Below the pieces are notes generated by a model that did not search any database, was not told the DNA's origin, and saw only the letters and a list, made by a program, of their open reading frames with translations. Position numbers and translations under genes: made by a program. This document shows positions 9,017-19,552 of a stretch of DNA of 64,000 bases, piece by piece. This DNA comes from a bacterium (lineage in GTDB: Bacteria; Patescibacteriota; Minisyncoccia; Phycocordibacterales; Zambryskibacteraceae), in NCBI GenBank assembly GCA_030649135.1, contig JAUSGI010000008.1:152896-216895 (forward strand), read 5' to 3'. Each line of letters begins with the position of its first letter. The first letter of the stretch is position 1.

Positions 9017-10237
9017 ATGAGCGAACTGGGAAATAACGACCATCGGCGTATTGGACAAGAACTCGACTTGTTCGTGTTTTCTGATTTGGTAGGAAGCGGA
9101 CTGCCGATGTGGACTCCTCGAGGCACTATTATTCGCCAGGAGCTAGACAATTTCGTCTGGGAGTTACGCTCCCAGTATGACTATTCGAGAGTAACAATTC
9201 CCCACATTACTAAGCGCGACCTTTACGAAACTTCCGGCCATTGGGAGAAATTCGGTGATGATCTTTTTAGAATAGTTTCTCGCGAGGGCAAGGACTTTGC
9301 ACTCAAGCCTATGAATTGCCCTCACCATACTCAAATCTTCGCTCGAAAGCCGCATTCCTATCGTGAAATGCCCCAGCGCTATGCTGAGACAACCATGGTC
9401 TATCGTGATGAGCAGTCTGGAGAACTCGGTGGCCTCACCCGGGTTCTTTCTATTACTCAAGACGACTCTCACGTCTTCTGTCGCGCTTCTCAAATCAAGG
9501 AAGAGTTTCTTAAAATTTGGGATATGGTGGATAAATTTTACAGTACTTTCGGTTTCAGTCTTAGAGTACGTCTGTCTTTTCGTGACCCAGCTACTCCGGA
9601 AAAATATCTTGGCACACCGGAAATTTGGAACCGAGCCGAAGATGAGCTTCGTGAAATTGCAACAGAACGTGGGGCAGATTTCTTCGAAGGCCTGGGGGAG
9701 GCCGCCCTTTACGGACCGAAGCTTGATTTCGTTGCCAAGAATGCCGCGGGTCGCGAATGGCAAGTAGCGACTATTCAACTTGATATGAACCTACCCGAAA
9801 GATTTGACTTGTCATGCATTAATGAGAAAGGAGAGAAGGAGCGTATTGTGATGATCCACTCTGCTATTACCGGGTCGATTGAACGCTGCGTGGCAATCAT
9901 TCTTGAACATTTAGAAGGCACTCTCCCTCTCTGGCTCTCGCCTGTCCAAGTCAAGATACTGCCCATCGGTGAAGCACATTTTGAATACGCAAAAAATGTT
10001 TTTGAGAAATTAAAAGCAGAAAATATTAGGGTAGAATTGGACGATTCAAATGAAAGCCTGGGCAAGAAAATCAGAAATGCCAAAACCGAGAAGATTCCTT
10101 ATATGTTGGTAATTGGAGACAAAGAGGTTTCAGAAAGTAAAGTGACACTTGAGAGTCGTAACGATGAAAAGTTAGGTCAGATTGGAATTGAAGAGCTAGT
10201 TTCTAAACTCAAACAAGAAATAAAAGGGCGAGTTTAG
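9017..10237 (+). CDS. thrS: Threonyl-tRNA synthetase, short form lacking the N-terminal TGS/editing domains
   Basis: Begins at the ThrRS catalytic-core motif DHRRIGQELDLF. Class II core plus a C-terminal anticodon-binding domain. 406 aa. Confidence 0.85.
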   Translation: MSELGNNDHRRIGQELDLFVFSDLVGSGLPMWTPRGTIIRQELDNFVWELRSQYDYSRVTIPHITKRDLYETSGHWEKFGDDLFRIVSREGKDFALKPMNCPHHTQIFARKPHSYREMPQRYAETTMVYRDEQSGELGGLTRVLSITQDDSHVFCRASQIKEEFLKIWDMVDKFYSTFGFSLRVRLSFRDPATPEKYLGTPEIWNRAEDELREIATERGADFFEGLGEAALYGPKLDFVAKNAAGREWQVATIQLDMNLPERFDLSCINEKGEKERIVMIHSAITGSIERCVAIILEHLEGTLPLWLSPVQVKILPIGEAHFEYAKNVFEKLKAENIRVELDDSNESLGKKIRNAKTEKIPYMLVIGDKEVSESKVTLESRNDEKLGQIGIEELVSKLKQEIKGRV

Positions 10238-11703
10238 TTCTTCGGTTTCAGGGTTGGGAAGAGGATGACTTCTTTGATGTTTTTGACACCAGTCAAGAGC
10301 ATCGCTAGGCGGTCAATGCCGATGCCGACTCCACCAGCAGGAGGAATACCGTATTCCATCGCTTCAATGAAATCTTCATCAAGCAGTTGCGCTTCTTTGT
10401 CCCCCTCTTTTTTATTTTTCTCCTGCACTTCGAAGCGCTCGCGCTGGTCAACAGGGTCGTTTAATTCAGAAAAAGCTTTTACCAATTCGATTCCGCCAGC
10501 GTATAGCTGGAACGCATCCACAAGCTTCGGATTATCTTCTTTCTTCTTGGTAAGAGGCAGCATATCAAGAGGATAATCTACCAGGAAAGTGGGCTGAATA
10601 ATTGCTGGTCTGATTTTTTTAAATATTGCATCTAATACCTTCATGGAGCTATGCCTGTCTTCTACATTTGACCCAAGGCGGTCGGCTTCTTTTACTAATT
10701 CAGACAACGACGCCTCTAGAGGATTACCTAGTTCGGTGTGTTCTCTAATGAAATCTCCATACTTCGTAACCTCAAAAGGTTTATTGAAATCAATCTCACG
10801 ACTATCGAAAACAATCTTACCCTGGGAATTACTTAGGAAAACTAGTCTCCTTATCATATCTTCCACAAAAATCCGCTGCTCCGTAGCATTCGAATACGCT
10901 TCATAGAACTCCAGCATTGTGAACTCTGGATTGTGAGTAATATCTATTCCTTCATTTCTGAAATCTCTAGCAATCTCATAAACTTTCGGAAAACCAGCGG
11001 CCAAAAGTCTCTTTAAATAAAGTTCATCAGAAATTCTGAGGTAGAGATCGGTGTCTAGAGCTTTGTGATGAGTCACAAATGGCTCAGCGGAAGCACCGCC
11101 ATAGAGTGGTTGTAGTACCGGAGTCTCCACTTCCAGATATCCTGCCCCATCGAGAATCTTCCTGATTTCTGTAACTACTTTGGTCCTGAAAATAAACCTC
11201 TCCTTAACTTCTAAATTTGAGAGTAGATCCAAATAACGCTTGCGGAAGCGTTCTTCCACATCAGTAAGACCATGCCATTTTTCCGGCAGAGGACGAAGGG
11301 ATTTGGCGAGCATTCTGATTTCTTCTACCAGAATAGTCTTCTCGTCTCTTTTGGTCAGAAAAAAAGTGCCCTTAACTTCCACAAAATCTCCAATATCAAA
11401 AGCCTTCTCAAAAAGCTCGTATAACTCCTCTTTCAGCGGCTCTCCCTTCTTAAGAAAGGCCTGAAAGCGACCTGTACCATCGTAGAAGTCAAAAAAGGTA
11501 ATTTTACCCTGCGCGCGTAACGACATAATACGACCAACCATGTAAAGACTCTTGCCACTTTTGGTGAGCTCGTCAAAACGAGCGATACTTTCCTCGCAGG
11601 TAATATCCCGATGGACGGTAGCAGGGTACGGGTTAATCCCCTGCTCGGTGAGAAAATTCAGTTTGGCTAAACGTGCGGAACGTATTTCTTCTATGGAGGT
11701 CAT
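10234..11703 (-). CDS. lysS: Lysyl-tRNA synthetase (class II)
   Basis: N-terminal OB anticodon-binding domain. Class II motifs FRNEGIDITHNPEFTMLEFY and GGVGIGIDRLAMLL. Confidence 0.9.
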   Translation of the reverse strand: MTSIEEIRSARLAKLNFLTEQGINPYPATVHRDITCEESIARFDELTKSGKSLYMVGRIMSLRAQGKITFFDFYDGTGRFQAFLKKGEPLKEELYELFEKAFDIGDFVEVKGTFFLTKRDEKTILVEEIRMLAKSLRPLPEKWHGLTDVEERFRKRYLDLLSNLEVKERFIFRTKVVTEIRKILDGAGYLEVETPVLQPLYGGASAEPFVTHHKALDTDLYLRISDELYLKRLLAAGFPKVYEIARDFRNEGIDITHNPEFTMLEFYEAYSNATEQRIFVEDMIRRLVFLSNSQGKIVFDSREIDFNKPFEVTKYGDFIREHTELGNPLEASLSELVKEADRLGSNVEDRHSSMKVLDAIFKKIRPAIIQPTFLVDYPLDMLPLTKKKEDNPKLVDAFQLYAGGIELVKAFSELNDPVDQRERFEVQEKNKKEGDKEAQLLDEDFIEAMEYGIPPAGGVGIGIDRLAMLLTGVKNIKEVILFPTLKPKN

Positions 11704-12170
11704 TACTTAATGTCGATAATCTTATACGACATTATACCATTGGGGGTCTCGAAAGAGAAAGATTCACCTTTTGATTTGCCGATGGCGGCGAGACCTAAGG
11801 GAGAATGCATGGAAATTTTGCCGAGATTGGCATCGGCTTCTTCAGAACCAACCATGGTGTAAGATTTACGAGATTTGTCGGATTCTTTTTCCACACTTAT
11901 GACTGAACCAACTGTCACCAAATGCGTGCTTTGGGTCGAAACAATTTTAGCTGATTTTAAAATAACCTCGAGGCGATTAATGCGGTCTTCCAAGATGGCC
12001 TGACTATCACGCGCCTCCTGATATTCCTGATTTTCGGATAAATCTCCGAGAGACTTGGCGTATTCCAAAGCGTCAGCAACCTCTTTGCGTTTTACCGTCT
12101 TTAGAGATTCCAATTCCGTTTCCAGCTCCTTGAACTTCTCTTGGGTCAGGTATTCTTGCTTGATGTTCAT
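11703..12170 (-). CDS. greA: Transcription elongation factor GreA
   Basis: GreA N-terminal coiled coil (LSENQEYQEARDSQ) and a C-terminal FKBP-like domain. Confidence 0.85.
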   Translation of the reverse strand: MNIKQEYLTQEKFKELETELESLKTVKRKEVADALEYAKSLGDLSENQEYQEARDSQAILEDRINRLEVILKSAKIVSTQSTHLVTVGSVISVEKESDKSRKSYTMVGSEEADANLGKISMHSPLGLAAIGKSKGESFSFETPNGIMSYKIIDIK

Positions 12171-12247
12171 GGAGTCAAATTTTAAATTAATTATTGGCAG
12201 ACATCATATCCCACTATCCACCAAAAAACAACCCTCTAGCAAACAGG

Positions 12248-13969
12248 TTATTCGAAATACTCCGGAGCATTGACCGCCATCCAGTCAAAAAGTTGGCGAA
12301 CTACGGAAGTGGCCCCGAGGGTGTTTGTGCTCGGTCCCTTCTCCATCACAACCGCCCAGGCATATTTAGGATTCTCAAACGGAAAAAAACCAATAGACCA
12401 AGAATTGACATAGAGGTTAAGAGAACCCACTTCCGCCGTGCCTGTTTTGGCAGCCACTTGCACAAATGGTACGTTGAGACCAACCGAGGTCCCGTAAGTG
12501 ACACTATCGCTCATGCCGGCGCGTACGACTTTCCAATCTTCGTCACTAAATTGAATGACACGCGCTGCGGACTCTAGGTTGCCACCGAGTACCAATGAGG
12601 GCGTTAGGACGTTACCGCCATTAGCGATTGCGGCCGTGAATCTTGCCGCATTGATAGGAGTGATTTGCGTGCCATATTGGCCGATGGCAGTAATATAGGT
12701 ATCGCCTAGACGCCAGATTTCACCGTTAAATTTGTTCTTCTTCCACTCCGGAGTAGGAATAACGCCCTCTACTTCTCCCAGAAGTTCAATCCCCGTCCTC
12801 TCGGTCAAAGCAAAGAGTTGAAAGTATCTATCCAGGGCGGTTATACCCAATCCTTTTTGGTCACCGAAGCCGCCACCGATAGAATAAAAGTAAGTATCCG
12901 AAGAAACAGCAAGGGCCTCTTTCATATCGGTCCAACCGTGGGCCTTCCAGTCTTTAAAGACAGAGGGTTGGGACGGATTGTATGGATTGGGCACCGTAAT
13001 CGAGCCGGTGCTTAAAATTTGTTTGCCCGGAGAAATTAATTTCTCGTTGAGGGCCGCCAAAGCAACCATGGGCTTTAAAATAGACCCCGGGGTGTAGAGT
13101 CCACCGATGGCGCGGTTGAGAAATGGCTTGGATGGATTGTTAATAAAAAAATTAATAGCCCTTTGGTCTTTTCCCGATGTAAGCATGTTCTGGTCATATT
13201 CGGGAAAGCTCGTCATCGCGATAATCTCGCCAGAACGGACATCCATTAGTACGGCCGCCCCGCCTACAAAACCCTTATCCTTGGACAAAGACTCCATGGC
13301 CGAATAAAGCCTGCCGGTCAAACGAGAGTCGATGGAGAGCACGATAGGATGACCATCTTCCGGCTTTTGGACTATTGACTCCGAAGTAGCCTCGCCAAAA
13401 ACATTTGTCTCTTTTAACTTGAGACCATTGACTCCACTAAGCACATTATCGTAGGCGCGCTCGACTCCATCACGGCCACGATAATGTTCTTCGTAGTAGA
13501 CACCCGCTCGGTCAAAGAGGGGATACTTAAGATAGCCGACCACGTGTGCGAGCCCCTTGATAGGCAGGTAAAGCCTGCCGGCAAAATCACTGTCACCTTC
13601 CTTGACGGCATTCGTGGCCAATTCACGCATATTTCTGTCATAGATTACCCCTCTGTTCGCAAATATGAGAGTTTGCTCCAAACGGTTATGTTCCGAAATT
13701 TGCGCATAGATAGCGCCTTGTTTGATTCCCAAGACCCAAAGCTTCGCAAAGAGAGTAAGTATCAAGAGAGCTAAAACAATCTTCACCACCAAAAAAGTTT
13801 GCTCACCCATCGGCTTCTCTATCCTGCCTTCCAGACGATACTCCTCAAACCCCGGCAAGTTCGTGGAGTCCATAAAAATGTCCTCGGGGTTAATATCGCG
13901 ATATTTTTTTCCTGTCTGCCGAAACAGGTTTAAACTTTTTTTTGTTTTGCGAAGCAGTTGTCTAAACAT
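12248..13969 (-). CDS. mrdA: Penicillin-binding protein 2 / peptidoglycan transpeptidase
   Basis: N-terminal TM, PBP dimerisation and transpeptidase domains. Sits downstream of mreBCD. Start moved to the MFRQLL Met (13969), which overlaps the mreD stop. Confidence 0.8.
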   Translation of the reverse strand: MFRQLLRKTKKSLNLFRQTGKKYRDINPEDIFMDSTNLPGFEEYRLEGRIEKPMGEQTFLVVKIVLALLILTLFAKLWVLGIKQGAIYAQISEHNRLEQTLIFANRGVIYDRNMRELATNAVKEGDSDFAGRLYLPIKGLAHVVGYLKYPLFDRAGVYYEEHYRGRDGVERAYDNVLSGVNGLKLKETNVFGEATSESIVQKPEDGHPIVLSIDSRLTGRLYSAMESLSKDKGFVGGAAVLMDVRSGEIIAMTSFPEYDQNMLTSGKDQRAINFFINNPSKPFLNRAIGGLYTPGSILKPMVALAALNEKLISPGKQILSTGSITVPNPYNPSQPSVFKDWKAHGWTDMKEALAVSSDTYFYSIGGGFGDQKGLGITALDRYFQLFALTERTGIELLGEVEGVIPTPEWKKNKFNGEIWRLGDTYITAIGQYGTQITPINAARFTAAIANGGNVLTPSLVLGGNLESAARVIQFSDEDWKVVRAGMSDSVTYGTSVGLNVPFVQVAAKTGTAEVGSLNLYVNSWSIGFFPFENPKYAWAVVMEKGPSTNTLGATSVVRQLFDWMAVNAPEYFE

Positions 13970-14225
13970 AAGCTCTAAGATTCTCCCGAATAGGTAACAG
14001 CACAATAAGCGCGACCAACGCCGTAAGTGCCAGCGGAGACGCAAGTGAAAACGGCACTTCCATCCCACTACCGTGAATCACGTCAATCAAAAACGCCAGC
14101 AAGATTCCTTCCCAAAAAAACGGGGTAATAATAATGGCGATAAATAAAACCGGTATATAAACCCAGTACGGGAAGACTAGGATAGAAACCAGTACCACTA
14201 CCAAACTAAGGACGTGACGGGTCAT
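13962..14225 (-). CDS. mreD: Rod shape-determining protein MreD
   Basis: Small polytopic membrane protein between mreC and the PBP2 gene. Confidence 0.6.
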   Translation of the reverse strand: MTRHVLSLVVVLVSILVFPYWVYIPVLFIAIIITPFFWEGILLAFLIDVIHGSGMEVPFSLASPLALTALVALIVLLPIRENLRAYV

Positions 14226-14998
14226 GGCGTGACAAACACAAACCGAAGATGAAAGATGTTGGTCGGACTCTTGGCCAGTACTTCTTTAAATGAATCCGTG
14301 GGTTGTACGCCAATCTCTTCCACCACGGCCAAGAGTCGTGAGGTGATGTCAGCGACGAGAATCCTGTCACCCTTTTCAATTGCCACATCACGCGGGAAAG
14401 TCATTCTGAAATTACCCCCACCGGCACCGACAAGCATTATAGGCACTTCATTCCTTTCCAAAACCGCGCTTGTTTCTTCACCACTGGAGGAGAAGAGCTT
14501 TACTTTTGCCGAGCGAGAAAAAACCTCGGAGACTATCCCCAAAGCGGGGCCCTCCGGTAGAGACACCCTGGAACCTACCGTAATAGATTCATTTGAACCC
14601 GCATCAATAATGATGACATCGTAGGGCGTCTGGGGCGGTCGGGTCAGCACCGCTGCCACTACCATATTGAATTCCCCTCTACGACCTACCAACTCCAGAA
14701 GTGTATTTTCTTGAATTCTCTCTTGGGACATGGAAAGAATGTCGAGCTCAAGGGAAGACAACCTTTCTTTAAGCCTGGTATTTTCTTCCACCAGTGCTTG
14801 TTGTAAACTGACAAAAGCGACTCCATTCCGCAAATTCCTGACAATGACATTCTCTGCCTTCCAGACAGGAGACACCATCGAGACTAAAGCCCCATCGAGA
14901 AAAGGGAAGATAATCGCTCCGGATAGGAAAATTGCCACGAGAACGAGTATCCGTTTAAAGTAAGGACGCTTTAATCTATTTTTTGGGAGGTAATTCAC
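14222..14998 (-). CDS. mreC: Rod shape-determining protein MreC
   Basis: N-terminal TM, a coiled coil and a beta-rich C-terminal domain. Follows mreB. Confidence 0.75.
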   Translation of the reverse strand: MNYLPKNRLKRPYFKRILVLVAIFLSGAIIFPFLDGALVSMVSPVWKAENVIVRNLRNGVAFVSLQQALVEENTRLKERLSSLELDILSMSQERIQENTLLELVGRRGEFNMVVAAVLTRPPQTPYDVIIIDAGSNESITVGSRVSLPEGPALGIVSEVFSRSAKVKLFSSSGEETSAVLERNEVPIMLVGAGGGNFRMTFPRDVAIEKGDRILVADITSRLLAVVEEIGVQPTDSFKEVLAKSPTNIFHLRFVFVTP

Positions 14999-16040
14999 CT
15001 TCGTTTTCTACAAGTAAATCTCGGAAACTTTCCAAATCTTCAAGAATAATGCCGGTACCACGTGCCACAGCGGTGAGAGGGTCGGCGGCTACATGCACCG
15101 GTATATGAATCTCACTTTCGATAAGTTCGGCGAGTCCCTTGACCAAGGCTCCTCCGCCGGAGAGATAAACTCCTCTATGCATGATGTCACTCAAAATATC
15201 GGGCGGGGTAGACTCCAATACTTCCTTAATCGTCTCTATGAGACTTTCCATTGATTGAGAAAGGGCGTCGCGGATATCCATGTCGGTAAGAATAATTTCT
15301 CTGGGAAGACCGGAGACCAGGTCGCGCCCTTTGACCGGCATTTCAAGCGGGGCGTGGGTGGGCAAAACCGAGCCAATGGAAATCTTGACCATCTCGGCAG
15401 TCTTTTCCCCCAAGAGCACTTTGAATTGATTACGAACATGAGCAATGATGTCCGAGTTAAACTTATCTCCGGCGATGCGCAAATTTCTGGACTTAACCAC
15501 TCCGCCAAGCGAGATAATGGCGATATCGGAAGTGCCACCGCCTATGTCTATGACCATATTGCCGACAGGGTCATGAATGGGCAGGCGCATGCCAATAGCG
15601 GCCGCCATCGGTTCCTCAATAATATGCACCTCTCCGGCGCCGGCGTTCCTGGTGGCGTCACGCACGGCGCGAATTTCCACATCTGTGATGCCTGACGGTA
15701 CACCAACCACCACTCTTGGGCTAAAAACTTTATTCGAACCTACCGTAGCTCTACTTAAAAGATAGCTAATCATCTCTTCGGTAATCTCGAAGTCAGAAAT
15801 CACGCCGTCTACCAAGGGCTTGATAGCCAAGATATGCCCTGGAGTACGCCCAAGCATTGCCCTGGCCTCTGTACCGATGGCCACAATCTGTCCGGTCTTT
15901 TGATTGACCGCCACCACCGACGGCTCGTTAATTACAATCCCCTTGCCGCGCAGATAGACTAAGGTATTGGCTGTACCAAGATCGATACCGACATCGTGGG
16001 AAAAAAGTCTGCGGAAGTTTTTTATACCGGGAAATTTCAT
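14976..16040 (-). CDS. mreB: Rod shape-determining protein MreB (actin homolog)
   Basis: GIDLGTANTLVY...EPSVVA actin-fold motifs. Confidence 0.9.
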   Translation of the reverse strand: MKFPGIKNFRRLFSHDVGIDLGTANTLVYLRGKGIVINEPSVVAVNQKTGQIVAIGTEARAMLGRTPGHILAIKPLVDGVISDFEITEEMISYLLSRATVGSNKVFSPRVVVGVPSGITDVEIRAVRDATRNAGAGEVHIIEEPMAAAIGMRLPIHDPVGNMVIDIGGGTSDIAIISLGGVVKSRNLRIAGDKFNSDIIAHVRNQFKVLLGEKTAEMVKISIGSVLPTHAPLEMPVKGRDLVSGLPREIILTDMDIRDALSQSMESLIETIKEVLESTPPDILSDIMHRGVYLSGGGALVKGLAELIESEIHIPVHVAADPLTAVARGTGIILEDLESFRDLLVENEGELPPKK

Positions 16041-17257
16041 TACCGTTTAAGTTTGTTAATGATATCCTCAACCTTAAGTTCTTCGGTCTTGCCGGTAGCC
16101 CGCTCTTTAACCTCTAACATTTTTGATACAAGAGCTTTTGTGCCAATTATCACCTGCATGGGAATACCGATGAGGTCAGCATCAGCGAACTTCTCTCCGG
16201 CGCGCATGTCACGGTCATCGTAGAGCACTTCGATACCATGTGAGATAAGCGTCTGGTACGCCTCGTCCGCTAATTTCTTCGCTTCCTCTGTCAGAGAAAG
16301 CAGGTGAACTTGGAAAGGCGCGACCTCCCTTGGCCAGACAATACCTTTTTCGTCGGAGAGCACTTCCACTACCGTGCCCATAAGCCGTCCGAGACCAATA
16401 CCATAAGCACCCATAAATATTGATTTCTTCTCCCCCTTTTCATCTTGGAACTGAAGTCCGAAAGCGTCTGGGTATTTTGAACCATAAGGAAAGATGTTGC
16501 CTACTTCTATTGATTTTCTACCTTCTCCGCCCCTATCTTCGACTTCCTTATTTACCGCCATTTTCTTGCTCTCATCTGTTATATAAATGATGTCTTCACC
16601 CGCTTCAGATAGGGTTTGGAACTCGTCGGTCAAATTTGTGGTAAATGACCCTCCAGCAGCAACCGTACGATAAGTTTTTTCACCCAGACCAACTCGGGCA
16701 AATATCTTTAGATAAGCCCCGGCGCACTTTTCGTAAAATTCTTTGAATTCATCTTCAGTCCGATTGAAAGAATACATATCTTTCATCAGAAACTCCCGCA
16801 CACGCATGATACCACTCTTGGCGCGCAGTTCATTCCTGAATTTAGTCTGGAATTGGTAAGTATATAGAGGTAAATCTTTGTAAGAACTCACAAACTCTGT
16901 GAGCATTGCTGTCATCGGTTCCTCATGAGTGTTAGCGATACCTAGATCGTTGCCATTCGCAAGTTTGGTCTTGAACCAATTGTCTACTACTTTATCGTCC
17001 CACCTGTTCGTCTTCTTCCATATTTCTGGGTCCTGAAGAGTGGTCATGAGAACCTCTTGACCACCTATAGCATTCATCTCCTCGCGGATGATATTTTCGA
17101 TATTCTTCACTACTCGCAGACCTAAAGGTAGATACGAATAGACCCCAGCTAACTCCTTATGAATGAAGCCCGCGCGAGTGAGGAGAATGGCATTCTTAGA
17201 GACTTCGTCCTTGGGCGCTTCCTTGCGCGTCTTGGTAAATAGTTCGCTCTGTCGCAT
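16040..17257 (-). CDS. proS: Prolyl-tRNA synthetase, compact form without INS editing domain
   Basis: N-terminus is collinear with bacterial ProRS (MRQSELFTKTRKE...LTRAGFI...YSYLPLG). 405 aa. Confidence 0.85.
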   Translation of the reverse strand: MRQSELFTKTRKEAPKDEVSKNAILLTRAGFIHKELAGVYSYLPLGLRVVKNIENIIREEMNAIGGQEVLMTTLQDPEIWKKTNRWDDKVVDNWFKTKLANGNDLGIANTHEEPMTAMLTEFVSSYKDLPLYTYQFQTKFRNELRAKSGIMRVREFLMKDMYSFNRTEDEFKEFYEKCAGAYLKIFARVGLGEKTYRTVAAGGSFTTNLTDEFQTLSEAGEDIIYITDESKKMAVNKEVEDRGGEGRKSIEVGNIFPYGSKYPDAFGLQFQDEKGEKKSIFMGAYGIGLGRLMGTVVEVLSDEKGIVWPREVAPFQVHLLSLTEEAKKLADEAYQTLISHGIEVLYDDRDMRAGEKFADADLIGIPMQVIIGTKALVSKMLEVKERATGKTEELKVEDIINKLKR

Positions 17258-17298
17258 CGCACTATTCTACAGAAAAATCAACGTAAAACAAAGTCCGG

Positions 17299-18375
17299 TT
17301 AGAACAGATGACGAACGTCTTGGACGGTTATAACAAGCATCAGGATAATGAGTAGGACAAAACCGACAGTATTCAACATATTAAAAATTCTTGGCGGAAT
17401 AGACCGACGGCTCATTGCTTCAATTCCGACAACCAATAGTCGCCCACCGTCAAGCGCAGGAAGGGGCAAAAGATTAATAACGGTAAGATTAATAGAAAGT
17501 AGGGCGGTAAAAGTCAAAAGGTAAGCCAGTCCCAGTTCCCGTGCATCCCCAACCATACCTACAATGCCCACCGGTCCCGTCACACTGGATAAGTCGGCCC
17601 TGCCACCCATAGCCTCTAAGATAAAGGTACCAATCGCCTGGCCAGTCAATAAAGTTAGTTCAGAAGTAGTTTTGAGTCCATACCAGATGGCTTTATGCGG
17701 GGGCAATTTCACTATACCTATGACATCCATAGAGATACCCACGGCGGGTCTGTCTGGAACGATCCCCTCCTTCGGTACTACAGTCTTTTTAGAGATTTGC
17801 CCACTTCTCTCTACCTCGAAAATAAGTGGTTCCATCGACTGAGCGATAAAAGCGGACACCTCCTCCGGTAAAAGTGAAGCACTAACCCCATTTCTGGAAA
17901 GCGAGACCACCGTATCTCCGGATTTAATACCGACAGAAGCTGCCGGAGAAGCGGGTAAGACAACAGTGATAACGGTATGGGCATTTTCAAGTGGCAAAGA
18001 GAGACTCTCTGGGGCAGGCAAACCGGTAATAAATCCGAGTGAGATTAATAACCACGCAAACATAAAATTTCCCACTACCCCAGCCACCAACACAGACGCT
18101 TGGATGCCGCGGCGCTTGGACTGAAAATTATCTGGAGACAGAATTTCGGTTTTTTCCGCAGGATTTTCTCCGAAGATTTTTACAAAACCGCCAAACGGCA
18201 ACCAATTGAGAGTAAAGGGGGTATCTTTCCAAATAAAAAGTCTTTTAGCGCGGGGTGGGAAACCCAGACCGAATTCGTCTACCCGAATCCCGAATCTTTT
18301 CGCAACCAGAAAATGCCCAAGCTCGTGGACAATAATAAGCGCGCTTAAAATAATGATGAAGATAATAACGGACAT
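17299..18375 (-). CDS. rseP: Site-2 zinc metalloprotease RseP with PDZ domain
   Basis: HELGHF (HExxH), a PDZ region and the C-terminal LDGG motif. The frr-rseP-proS order is conserved in many bacteria. Confidence 0.85.
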   Translation of the reverse strand: MSVIIFIIILSALIIVHELGHFLVAKRFGIRVDEFGLGFPPRAKRLFIWKDTPFTLNWLPFGGFVKIFGENPAEKTEILSPDNFQSKRRGIQASVLVAGVVGNFMFAWLLISLGFITGLPAPESLSLPLENAHTVITVVLPASPAASVGIKSGDTVVSLSRNGVSASLLPEEVSAFIAQSMEPLIFEVERSGQISKKTVVPKEGIVPDRPAVGISMDVIGIVKLPPHKAIWYGLKTTSELTLLTGQAIGTFILEAMGGRADLSSVTGPVGIVGMVGDARELGLAYLLTFTALLSINLTVINLLPLPALDGGRLLVVGIEAMSRRSIPPRIFNMLNTVGFVLLIILMLVITVQDVRHLF

Positions 18376-18384
18376 ATAGTCTGA

Positions 18385-18936
18385 TTACTCCAAAATCTCC
18401 CTTTCTTTCTTCAGGGCCAACTCCTCAAGCTTCTGGTTGGCAGTATCAACCACCTTTTGTAACTCTTGCTTGAACCTAAATTTATCATCTTCGCTGACAC
18501 TTCCATCTTTTTCCTTGCGGTCGATGGTCTCCAAACTCTTCTCGCGTTCCGTACGTATTTTAATACGCGCTTCTTCCAGTTTTTCTTTCGCCACTTTTGA
18601 AAGCATAGCACGCCGTTCACCAGTCAATTCTGGGAAAGAGACTCGTAGACCCGCCGCATCTATAGCCACGGAAAGTCCCAAATTTGACTCTCTGATGGCT
18701 TTATCAATATCCTTGGTAACATCTTTATCCCACGCTGTTATGCGCAAGGTCTTGGGGTCTTCGATAGCGACGGTGGCCAGTTGATTGATAGTCATAGGCG
18801 AGCCGTAAGCGTTTACCGATACCCCGTCGAGGATACTCGGCGTAGCCCGACCGGTACTAAGACCGGCGTATTCCTTCTTGAGCCAGCCGAGTGCCGACTC
18901 ACCCGCTTGCCTAAATTCGGCGAAATCGTATGCCAT
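18385..18936 (-). CDS. frr: Ribosome recycling factor
   Basis: RRF family; LRITAWDKDV...ESNLGLS. Confidence 0.9.
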   Translation of the reverse strand: MAYDFAEFRQAGESALGWLKKEYAGLSTGRATPSILDGVSVNAYGSPMTINQLATVAIEDPKTLRITAWDKDVTKDIDKAIRESNLGLSVAIDAAGLRVSFPELTGERRAMLSKVAKEKLEEARIKIRTEREKSLETIDRKEKDGSVSEDDKFRFKQELQKVVDTANQKLEELALKKEREILE

Positions 18937-18943
18937 AAAATTA

Positions 18944-19552
18944 TTATAGCACCAGGGACAGATGCTCGATGGTTAAACGCGGAGCAAGGACAGGATCACG
19001 CACCAGACGCCTGATACGATAAACACTCTCGACCGGCCCATTTTTTCCTACCCGCTGTCTTAACAACAACAAGAGATTATCGAGAAAAATCGGCAAACTT
19101 TTTTCCTCATCGGCAAAGGTCTTGGCAAATAAGAGGCGGTCTTTGACAGAGGATGCGAGAAACACTTCCGCATCCTTAGACCCAAGAATTTTATGGCCAG
19201 AGATGCGGACAATTTGCATGCGGGAAAGTAAAGTCGGCACAATTAAACTCTCTTCTCTGGTAACAAGAAAGAAGTAGGTATCGGGAAATGGCTCTTCAAA
19301 TGTCTTGAGCAGAGCATTTTGCGCTTCAAGCGTTATGCGCGTTGGGACAATGAGGAAAATCTTTCTGTTGGTTAACGCCTTGCGTGCGGACAATAACTTC
19401 AACTCTCGCGCCTCGTCAATACCGAAAGTCTCTTTTTTAAAAACAAAGAAATCAGGGTTATTGGCAAGTTCAATACCTAGACTGGCATAGAGCGAGCGTA
19501 CGTATAATTCCCCCTCTTCCGCCCCACCGATGAGCAGACTAGCGTGGTGCAA
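18944..19552 (-). CDS. holB: DNA polymerase III delta-prime-like clamp-loader subunit, compact (202 aa)
   Basis: Degenerate P-loop [13 protein letters not shown], then [13 protein letters not shown] and [16 protein letters not shown] (sensor motifs). Confidence 0.55.
   Translation of the reverse strand: MHHASLLIGGAEEGELYVRSLYASLGIELANNPDFFVFKKETFGIDEARELKLLSARKALTNRKIFLIVPTRITLEAQNALLKTFEEPFPDTYFFLVTREESLIVPTLLSRMQIVRISGHKILGSKDAEVFLASSVKDRLLFAKTFADEEKSLPIFLDNLLLLLRQRVGKNGPVESVYRIRRLVRDPVLAPRLTIEHLSLVL

Noticed and set aside
19081-19150. Partial match (cggtctttgaca) to the REP-1 arm inside holB
   Set aside because: Only a half-site with no palindromic partner. Most likely chance.
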